From Roseibacillus sp. (lineage in GTDB: Bacteria > Verrucomicrobiota > Verrucomicrobiia > Verrucomicrobiales > Akkermansiaceae): a stretch of 64,000 bases of DNA. The translations under genes were made by a program, and so were the position numbers. Of this stretch, positions 37,007 to 44,310 are shown piece after piece (the stretch's first letter is position 1; every line of letters begins with the position of its first letter). Below the pieces are notes generated by a model. The model did no database searches. It had not been told where the DNA came from and saw only the letters and a program-made list of their open reading frames with translations. Where the stretch lies: positions 32,001-96,000 of the forward strand of contig CBDEUM010000018.1 in assembly GCA_965242925.1 (NCBI GenBank). Direction: 5' to 3'.

Positions 37007-39454
37007 TCAGGGCAGGTAGCGGAACTCGTGGCTATTGAGCAGGGCCCAGCGGAGATCAGCCATGCCGCCCTTCGGTGTTCCGCCGGTTTTCAGGATCAGC
37101 TGAGCGTCGGCCAGTTCCTCGGTGGCGGGCAGGCGGGTCAGGATTTCCTGGTAGGCCCATTCGATGGCCCGCTTGTAGTTCTTGCGTTCCAGGAGCTTGT
37201 GGAGGGGCTCCATCGTGCCGACCCGCGATGCTTCGTGCGTCATGCGACCGTTCATCATCATGAGTTGCTGGCGCAGGGAAGCCTGCCCGTCGCGAAACTG
37301 GCCCAACCCGTCGCGCGCGGGCTGTCCGAAGACCCGCAGGAAGTGTGCCGGGGGTGCGGGGGTAGCCATCCTCATCGCGCTTCCGAAGCGCGGGTTGTCG
37401 TCGACCATCTCCTCCACCTTCTCGGTCCGGTACTTCATGACCATGCGCTTCTGCTCGGCCGCCTCGGCCGCCATCTTCCTGGCCTGGATCTGTTCGTTGG
37501 ACTTCCGGCGCATCTTCTCCAGTTCACTCATCTCCTCTTTCCGGAGGAGGGCGTTGAAATCGAGGGAGAGAGAGGACTCCAGGTCGTAGCCATCCATCCG
37601 CATTGCAGGCTTCGCGCTGGCCATCATCCGGGGAGTGGTCCCCTCCGGGGTGGCGGCCACCAGTTCCCCGGTGGGCACGTTGATTTCACGCACGACTTTC
37701 TTAAGGTTGGCGCCGGCGGGCCACTTGTGTTCGCCGATGTTTCCGGCCACCACCACGCTGTCGTAGAGGACTTCGCTGAGCATCCGGCGCAGGGGGGCGG
37801 CCGCGAAATTTTTCTCCGAGTGTTCCCGCCGGGCAATGGGAAGGGAACCGGAGAGGTGGGAGCGCTGGTAAGCGTCGCTCAGCATGATGAGCTTGATGAG
37901 ATGCTGCATCTCGAATCCGCTGGCGATGAATTCCTGGGCCAGGAAGTCGAGTGTCGAGGCGTGCCGCAGTTCATTGTAGTCGGAGAAGTTGTCGAGGGGT
38001 TCCACGAAGCCGTGGCCCACCAGTTCGGCCCACATGCGGTTCACGAAGGCGCGGGCAAAGTAGCCGTTGCGTGGGCTCGTGATGAGCTCGGCGAGCTGGT
38101 TGCGCAGGATACTGGCGCGGTAGATGTCGCCGAGGACATCAAGTTTCCTGCTCTCCTTCCTGGCTTCCTCGAGGACCACGTTCTTCCTGCGGCCAACGGT
38201 CGGATTCACCGAGTCGAGGAGGGCCTCAAGGGAGGCGTCCTCCGCCCCTGCGTCCGTCACCGCAGTCTGGGCGGATCGTTTTTTTTCAAAGCGGGTGAGG
38301 AAGGTCGGCAGTTTCCCGTAGTCGGTCAGGGCAAAGGGGAACCGGGGACTGACGGGCTTGCGCTGGTCGGCCTCCGCCCTGTCTTCCGGGGGCCAGAGAA
38401 CCATCATCTCGTGCCCCTCGGTGGTGTAGATCTGGTTGCGCTGACCGCCGCGCACCTGCCTGGTCTTGCCGAAGAAGGCCGCCAGTTCGTAGAAATCCTT
38501 CTGTTCCCAGTCGTCAAACGGATGGTCATGGCACTGCGCACAACCGATGCGAACTCCCAGGAAGACCTGCGAAGTGGTGGCCGCGAGCTCCATGGGGTCG
38601 GTGTTGTCTCCCAGGATGTAGCCAACCGCAGGATTGGAATTGGGCTTGCCGGAGGAACCGATGAGTTCCCTGACCATGATGTCGTAGGGCTTGCCTTGTT
38701 CGATCGACTTGTTGACGTAGGCGAGGAGCTGGTTGCCGCCCGTCACATTGGAACGAATACGCAGCATGTCGGCCAGGAAGATGGTCCAGCGGTCAGCAAA
38801 GCGTGGATGCTCGCACAGCTTCTCGATGAGTCGGGAGCGCCGGTCCTTTCCCCAGCCTTCGTAGAGCGCTACCTCCACCATGGTCGGAATCCGGCCGATG
38901 AGGTCGAGGGTTGCGCGGCGCAGGAAGGCCTCGTCACTGATCACCGGGGTGGTGATGACATCCCCTCCGAGGTTTTCGCGGCGGAGGATGTCATCGAGCA
39001 TGTGGGCAGCTTCCACCATATTGGAAGGAGTCTTCTTGGGCATGGCCACCCGTTTGACAGAAATGCGCTTGCGCTCGGTCAGGGTGATTCCCTCAGGCCA
39101 CTCCGCACCCGACTTGATCCAGGCGGTGAGCAACTCAAGTTCGTTCTTCTTAAGGGCTTGTCCTTCATCCGGCATGAAACCCTCGTCAATCGGGCGCAGG
39201 TGCGTGCGCCGGATGATTTCGCTTTCTCCGGGTTTGCCGGGGACGATGGCCTCGGCCTCCTCACCGCCTTCCAGCATGAGGGGGTGGGTTTCCATTCGCA
39301 GACCACCCTTGGCCTTACCCTGCTTGTGGCAACGGAGGCAGTTGGTCTCCAGGATGGGCTGGATGTCGCGCTTGAAGTTGAGCGCACCGGTGGCCCCCAG
39401 CGGCAGGAGCGCAAGGAAGATGATGTAGATGGACTGCGAAATGTGAGATCGCAC
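37007..39454 (-). CDS. Planctomycete cytochrome c (PSCyt1) + DUF1549/DUF1553 protein
   Basis: Signal peptide; F.RDI.PIL..NCLRCH...KGGLR...GG....IVPG.P..S....MP...W I..GA.WP; FLRRATLDLIGRIP; CAQCHDHPFD.W; NRMWAEL.G.G.VEP; DLRWALLNSHEF. Confidence 0.93.
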   Translation of the reverse strand: MRSHISQSIYIIFLALLPLGATGALNFKRDIQPILETNCLRCHKQGKAKGGLRMETHPLMLEGGEEAEAIVPGKPGESEIIRRTHLRPIDEGFMPDEGQALKKNELELLTAWIKSGAEWPEGITLTERKRISVKRVAMPKKTPSNMVEAAHMLDDILRRENLGGDVITTPVISDEAFLRRATLDLIGRIPTMVEVALYEGWGKDRRSRLIEKLCEHPRFADRWTIFLADMLRIRSNVTGGNQLLAYVNKSIEQGKPYDIMVRELIGSSGKPNSNPAVGYILGDNTDPMELAATTSQVFLGVRIGCAQCHDHPFDDWEQKDFYELAAFFGKTRQVRGGQRNQIYTTEGHEMMVLWPPEDRAEADQRKPVSPRFPFALTDYGKLPTFLTRFEKKRSAQTAVTDAGAEDASLEALLDSVNPTVGRRKNVVLEEARKESRKLDVLGDIYRASILRNQLAELITSPRNGYFARAFVNRMWAELVGHGFVEPLDNFSDYNELRHASTLDFLAQEFIASGFEMQHLIKLIMLSDAYQRSHLSGSLPIARREHSEKNFAAAPLRRMLSEVLYDSVVVAGNIGEHKWPAGANLKKVVREINVPTGELVAATPEGTTPRMMASAKPAMRMDGYDLESSLSLDFNALLRKEEMSELEKMRRKSNEQIQARKMAAEAAEQKRMVMKYRTEKVEEMVDDNPRFGSAMRMATPAPPAHFLRVFGQPARDGLGQFRDGQASLRQQLMMMNGRMTHEASRVGTMEPLHKLLERKNYKRAIEWAYQEILTRLPATEELADAQLILKTGGTPKGGMADLRWALLNSHEFRYLP

Positions 39455-39459
39455 CGGAG

Positions 39460-39475
39460 TAATCTATAGAGATTA
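39460..39475. promoter_or_regulatory. AT-rich inverted repeat TAATCT-N4-AGATTA, candidate operator of the large operon
   Basis: Perfect 6-bp arms 5 nt upstream of the GTG start and abutting the GTATTTACCAT motif. Confidence 0.35.
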
Positions 39476-39485
39476 TGGTAAATAC
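39475..39485 (-). promoter_or_regulatory. GTATTTACCAT motif, candidate -10 element or regulator site shared with 5807-5817
   Basis: Identical 11-mer upstream of both DUF1549/DUF1553 genes. Confidence 0.4.
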
Positions 39486-39656
39486 CCCACCTTTAATTCG
39501 TTCCTTACGATCAATTTGAATTGGTTGGGTGCCCGACCGTTAACTCAATCGGGGCAGGACGCTTCCTGCTATTCCATTCATCTGGTGAATAATGCTCCCG
39601 GTAACAGAGCCCACGTCCCACGTTTTTCCGTTATCCGCGTTGCTACAGGTCCGATC

Positions 39657-42374
39657 CTAGTTGGAGTCGTCAACATTGATGTTGTCAATGGTCAGACCGC
39701 TGAAGGCGTCCGGAGTGCTGTCGCTAATAAAGTTCCACTCGATGATTACGTTTTCGCCGATGGCTTCCGGGACCACATCGATGCGGATGATTGAAAAGTC
39801 GATGTCGAAGACGGACAGGTCGAGGTCGGTCTCTCCTCCGAGCTGGGCGAAGTCAGAGGCTCTCAGGAAGCGGACAAAGGCCCTGTCTCCAAAGCCGTCG
39901 GCGTCCCGGAAGACCTCGAACGTCAACTCTGCCTTGGTCACAGTGCTCAGATCGATGGCGGGCGAGCGAAGGGCGATACTGGAGTCGGGACCGTAGTCAC
40001 CAAGGTTGGTGCTCCATGCGTTGGCCGAATTGCCGGCTCCAGAGAGGGGGCCCGTCGATCCGCCGGGCGTTCCAAACTCCCAAAGGGTGTTTCCAACAGT
40101 GTCGTTAACCAGGGTGGTCCAGCCCTGCACCCCTGATTCAAGGTCATCGTTAAAGAGAATGACGGGAGGGGCTTTAAAGCCCTCGATCACAAACAGGCGG
40201 GTGAGATCGGCAGGCAGGGCAATGGTCAGGGTGTTTTCAGGAGGGGTTGCCGCCATTTCCGTGTTGCCGCCATGAATGGGCCAGTCGAGAGGGGTTGCAG
40301 AGCCAGGATCGAGTTCACTACGGAGATTGTAGAGCATTCCTGCTTCGCTCTCCCAACTGATGCTGAGATTGCCCGTTGCCTTGTCGTGATGAACGTCGGT
40401 GATCCGGACATTGCCCTCATCCGGCAGGTCCGGACCCTGGGACAGGCTCTCTGCCACCTCTTCCGGAGTCAGGGGCTTATCGTAGATGCGAAACTCCTCG
40501 AAGGTGCCGTCCAGGGTTCCATCGTTGATCCAGGTCGAGCGCCCCAGCCAGTTGTTGACATCGTTAATCTCGGAGAGTGTCGTCTGGGCGATCGCGTTGG
40601 ACGTTTGCTGTGTGCCATCACGCCAGTAATTGATTTCGGTTGTTCCATCTCCGAGGTCCTTGACCGTCACCGCGAAGTGAATCTGCTCACCGAAGACGGT
40701 CACCATGTCGCTGTCAAAGGTGTTGACCCCGCCACCGGGCGGATCCTCATTGCGGATTTCTATTCGCTGCTGGTCGTAGTTCCCACCACGTGAGGCCGAC
40801 AGCATGATGTAATCGCGACCGTCCGTGCCGCCGCCGTTGGTATTGCCGGGACCTGTGATCTCACCGGCCACCGGGTCTCCTTGAGTGTTGCCGAAATCAA
40901 AGAAGCGAGTCCAGCCTCCTCCGTTACTTGAGCTGACAGTCACCCATCCCTCGAAGGTGGCGTCGGTCAGCGAGGAAATCAGTCCATTGGGGAGATCCCC
41001 ATAGGCCGCCTTACCGTTCAGGGAATCCCCACCGGGGAGATCGAGTCCCGTCCCGGTGAAGTTGGCTCCATCCCCGCGCACCGCTCCGTCGGCACCACCT
41101 ATCGAATCGGAGAATGTTGCCCCGTCCGGGGCCGTGCTTGCTGGCTCGTTGAAGGCCCACCGGTGAATGAGTCCCCGTGGCTGTGGATGGCTGCTGGGAT
41201 CCGCAGGGTCAGATCCTTGCCTGACTTCCACGCCGTCCAGGAACCTGTCGCCATCCGTGTCCGGATTGAGAGGATTTGTCCCGAGATCGGTCTCCACGCC
41301 GTCAAGCAGGCCGTCATTGTCGCTATCCGGGTTGTTGGGATCCGTGCCGGCATCAATCTCGTCTCCATCGTTATCACCATCCGCATCGCTGTCGGGATTA
41401 TCCATGGTGGTGTGGCTGGTGAATTCCCCCAGGTTGTCGAGGCCATCATTGTCTTCGTCTTCGAGCGCGTCGTTCGGATCATTTGGATCGAGGAAGTCGA
41501 AAAGGTTTTCAATTGTGTCAGGGATTCCGTCGTCGTCGGAGTCCGGCGAAGGGGCAGGACCTGTATTGAAGTTCCCGGTGATTTCCTGAGGACTAAGTGC
41601 TTCATCGTAGATGCGAAACTCCTCGAAGGTGCCGTCCAGGGTGCCATCGTTGATCCAGGTCGACCGCCCCAGCCAGTTGTTGACATCGTTAATCTCGGAG
41701 AGCGTCGTCTGGGCGATCGCGTTGGCCGTTTGCTGTATGCCATCACGCCAGTAATTGATTTCGGCCGTTCCATTTCCGAGGTCCTTGACCGTCACCGCGA
41801 AGTGAATCTGCTCACCGAAGACGGTCACCATGTCGCTGTCAAAGGTGCTGACCCCGCCACCGGCCGGATCCTCGTTACGCCATTCCACCCGCTGCTGGTT
41901 GTAGTTTCCACCACGCGAGGCCGACAGCATGATGTAATCGCGACCGTCCGTGCCGTCGCCATTGGTATTGCCGGGACCTGTGATTTCGCCGTTCAGTCCT
42001 CCCGGCATGGTGCTGCCAAAATCAAAGAAGCGAGTCCAGCCTCCTCCGTTACTCGAGTCGACAGTCACCCATCCCTCGAAGGTGGCGTCGGTCAGCGAGG
42101 AAATCAGTCCATTGGGGAGATCCCCATAGGCCGCCCGGCCGTTCAGGGAATCCCCACCGGGGAGATCGAGTCCCGCCCCGGTGAAGTTGGCTCCATCCCC
42201 GCGCACCGCTCCGTCGGCACCACCTATCGAATCGGAGAATGTTGCCCCGTCGATTGCATTGCCCGCCGGTTCATCGAAGGACCAGCGGTGGATAAGGTCC
42301 GGACAGGCCGAATTCGTTGCCAGGGCCAGAGTCAGGATTCCTATTGGGATAGGGTTGCTGATTACCGAATTCAT
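39657..42374 (-). CDS. Secreted protein: two LamG-like jellyroll domains, TSP3-like Ca-binding repeats and C-terminal beta domains
   Basis: LIHRWSF.E...DS.G; TFEGWV; RFFDFG; HFAVT; NWLGRS.W.ND..L.G...EFRIYD (twice); DSDxDG/NPDTDGD repeats; ISWES..G..Y.L..; C-terminal DD.ESG..GW...LRSPAIDL..G..IDNI. ORF is open to 42428, so the start is uncertain. Confidence 0.85.
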   Translation of the reverse strand: MNSVISNPIPIGILTLALATNSACPDLIHRWSFDEPAGNAIDGATFSDSIGGADGAVRGDGANFTGAGLDLPGGDSLNGRAAYGDLPNGLISSLTDATFEGWVTVDSSNGGGWTRFFDFGSTMPGGLNGEITGPGNTNGDGTDGRDYIMLSASRGGNYNQQRVEWRNEDPAGGGVSTFDSDMVTVFGEQIHFAVTVKDLGNGTAEINYWRDGIQQTANAIAQTTLSEINDVNNWLGRSTWINDGTLDGTFEEFRIYDEALSPQEITGNFNTGPAPSPDSDDDGIPDTIENLFDFLDPNDPNDALEDEDNDGLDNLGEFTSHTTMDNPDSDADGDNDGDEIDAGTDPNNPDSDNDGLLDGVETDLGTNPLNPDTDGDRFLDGVEVRQGSDPADPSSHPQPRGLIHRWAFNEPASTAPDGATFSDSIGGADGAVRGDGANFTGTGLDLPGGDSLNGKAAYGDLPNGLISSLTDATFEGWVTVSSSNGGGWTRFFDFGNTQGDPVAGEITGPGNTNGGGTDGRDYIMLSASRGGNYDQQRIEIRNEDPPGGGVNTFDSDMVTVFGEQIHFAVTVKDLGDGTTEINYWRDGTQQTSNAIAQTTLSEINDVNNWLGRSTWINDGTLDGTFEEFRIYDKPLTPEEVAESLSQGPDLPDEGNVRITDVHHDKATGNLSISWESEAGMLYNLRSELDPGSATPLDWPIHGGNTEMAATPPENTLTIALPADLTRLFVIEGFKAPPVILFNDDLESGVQGWTTLVNDTVGNTLWEFGTPGGSTGPLSGAGNSANAWSTNLGDYGPDSSIALRSPAIDLSTVTKAELTFEVFRDADGFGDRAFVRFLRASDFAQLGGETDLDLSVFDIDFSIIRIDVVPEAIGENVIIEWNFISDSTPDAFSGLTIDNINVDDSN
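40479..41126. repeat. 648-bp intragenic direct repeat, copy encoding the second LamG domain
   Basis: Aligns at offset 1125 to 41604-42251 with long identical runs and scattered substitutions. Confidence 0.9.
41604..42251. repeat. 648-bp intragenic direct repeat, copy encoding the first LamG domain
   Basis: Both copies begin ATCGTAGATGCGAAACTCCTCG and end GAGAATGTTGCCCCGTC. Confidence 0.9.
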
Positions 42375-42595
42375 ATTCTCCATTTTAAGCGGATGGTTAG
42401 TTGATATGTGATGACACATCATACACAAGAGGAAGTAAAAAACTGAATCAATGGCGCGATCAAAAAAGGATCAAGCTCTCGTGTTTTGCATGAAGAATCT
42501 GATAATGAGAAGGATGCTCCCGTGACCCTCGGGCCGTCTTCTTTCGGGAGCGCAATCTCGACAGCGGATGATGTGTTGAGCAGACTCCCCTCCAT

Positions 42596-43279
42596 ATGAG
42601 ACGTTTACTTGCTACTCTGGGCCTTTTCTGGACCTTTCCTTTCCTCGCATGGGCGGACCATCACGGCAAGGCAGAGGACATGTCCATTTTTGACGGGAAG
42701 ACCCTGAAGGGATGGAATGTAAACCAGGGGGAGGAAAAGTGGTGGAAAGTGGCTGATGGTGCGATCGAGGGTGGCTCGCTCACCGAGCACGTCCCCCACA
42801 ACACCTTTTGCGTATCTGACAAGTCCTACAAGGACTTCGAGTTGAATGTGAAGTTCAAGATCACGCCGGTGAAGGGCGGGATCAACTCGGGGGTCCAGAT
42901 CCGGAGCCAGCGCATCGCGAACCATCACGAGATGATCGGCTACCAGGCGGATGCGGCGAAGAATTACTGGGGAAAGATCTATGACGAATCGCGCCGCCGG
43001 AAGGTCATCTCCAAGGTGCTGGATCCGGAGGCCCTGGCCAAGGTGGTCAAGCCGGAGGGCTGGAACCACTATCGCATTCTCTGTAAAGGTCCGCGCATCC
43101 GCATGTGGTTCAACGATGTGGCGTGTGCCGACTACACCGAGAAGGATGCCGGGATTCCTCTCGAGGGATACATTGGCCTGCAGGTGCATGGTGGCGGAAC
43201 GCTCACGGTGCGGTTCAAGGAGATCACCCTGAAGGAGTTGTCCCCCTCCAAAGCCGGGCAGCAGAAAGCGGAAGAGTAG
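42596..43279 (+). CDS. DUF1080 (3-keto-disaccharide hydrolase) family protein
   Basis: Signal peptide; IFDGKTLKGW; YKDFEL..KFK; NSGVQIRS; GYQAD; G.IYDE; WNHYRI; G.IGLQ.HGG..V.FK.I.LKEL. Confidence 0.92.
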   Translation: MRRLLATLGLFWTFPFLAWADHHGKAEDMSIFDGKTLKGWNVNQGEEKWWKVADGAIEGGSLTEHVPHNTFCVSDKSYKDFELNVKFKITPVKGGINSGVQIRSQRIANHHEMIGYQADAAKNYWGKIYDESRRRKVISKVLDPEALAKVVKPEGWNHYRILCKGPRIRMWFNDVACADYTEKDAGIPLEGYIGLQVHGGGTLTVRFKEITLKELSPSKAGQQKAEE

Positions 43280-43460
43280 AAGCGGTTTACAGGACAAATC
43301 GCATCTCATGAAAGCGTTTCTTGTCTGCCTCGCGCACCCTGGCACCTCGTCCGGGAATGGAGGGTGGGGAGGCGTGCCCGCGGACCCGGTCCCATAAACC
43401 TAAACAGGGAGATCCCGGTTTATTTTCTCCCCGGGCCTCTCCATTCCTCCACGGTGGCAA

Positions 43461-44159
43461 CTATCGACCGAAGAGCAGGTGGAGATGGTAGAGGTAGAGT
43501 TCGCGCAGGGTGAAACTTGCGCGGGACTTCATCGATTCGAATCGCGAGGTGGTGGTGCCGGAGGGGGAGGCTTCAATCCCCTGTCTGCGGGCTATCAGTA
43601 CCCCGCGCTTGAGATGCCAGGGATCGCTCACGATGAGGGCACTTGCGAAGTCCTGCTGATCCAGGATGTTCTTGGCCTCTTCCAGGTTCTGGATGGTCGT
43701 GCGGGAACGGCTTTCCACGAAGAGCACGCTTTCCGGAATGCCCCGCTGGAGGCAGTAATCGCGAGCCACTTCTCCCTCCGAGTAGGGCGCGCCCGTCCCT
43801 TTTCCCCCGGTCAGGACGAGCGCCGTGACGCGGCCCTCCTGATACACCCTGATGGCGTGATTGAGGCGTTCGCGGAATACGGGAGAGGGTTTGTCATGCC
43901 AGGCTGCTCCCCCGAGGACGATGGCACAGTCGGCATTCTGTCCGTTGTCGCGAAAACCGTATCGGTTGATCGAAACGGCTTGCCAGATGAAATAGAGTGC
44001 GAGGGTGCCGAGGAGACAGAGAATGAGGCGTCGGAGATTACGCGGCTTCCGGTTTGGGTTTTCCCGATTATCCGGTGTGGGTTGAGGAGCGGAACCAGCA
44101 GCGCCGTCCGGATTCGGATCCGTGGTACGGACCTGCCCTGTTGCCTGATCGTCGCTCAT
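43461..44159 (-). CDS. YdcF/SanA/ElyC family protein (DUF218)
   Basis: N-terminal TM; AIVLGG; RL..A; LTGG.G..SEG; E..SRTT.QN; IVSDPWHL.R; RE. Confidence 0.9.
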   Translation of the reverse strand: MSDDQATGQVRTTDPNPDGAAGSAPQPTPDNRENPNRKPRNLRRLILCLLGTLALYFIWQAVSINRYGFRDNGQNADCAIVLGGAAWHDKPSPVFRERLNHAIRVYQEGRVTALVLTGGKGTGAPYSEGEVARDYCLQRGIPESVLFVESRSRTTIQNLEEAKNILDQQDFASALIVSDPWHLKRGVLIARRQGIEASPSGTTTSRFESMKSRASFTLRELYLYHLHLLFGR

Positions 44160-44310
44160 ACCTGCAGACTCTAGTCTAGCCCAGTCTGGAGAGATGGCGA
44201 GGAATCAGTGGTCAGTCTACCGGGGAGGGCGTACCACAGTGCGGGGTACACCGTATGATGCCGCCTCTCTCTGCCGTTTGACGTTCCGGGGGGAGATGCT
44301 GGCTCAGGAC

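Noticed and set aside
36884..39469. 861-aa plus-strand ORF, and similar long antisense ORFs (29707-31830, 13725-15578, 27289-29085, 33946-35628, 3722-5206, 16714-18192, 51160-52620)
   Set aside because: Shadow ORFs opposite well-supported genes; expected with high GC3 codon bias; no recognisable motifs.
41230..41545. Repetitive DNA as a CRISPR array (also the FG-GAP repeats at 7.8-8.8 kb and PEP repeats at 47.7 kb)
   Set aside because: These are degenerate protein-coding repeats, not identical direct repeats with unique spacers; no cas genes.
40479..42251. Near-identical repeats as a diversity-generating retroelement TR/VR pair
   Set aside because: The mismatches I inspected are not adenine-specific, both copies are in-frame domains of one gene, and no reverse transcriptase is in the window.
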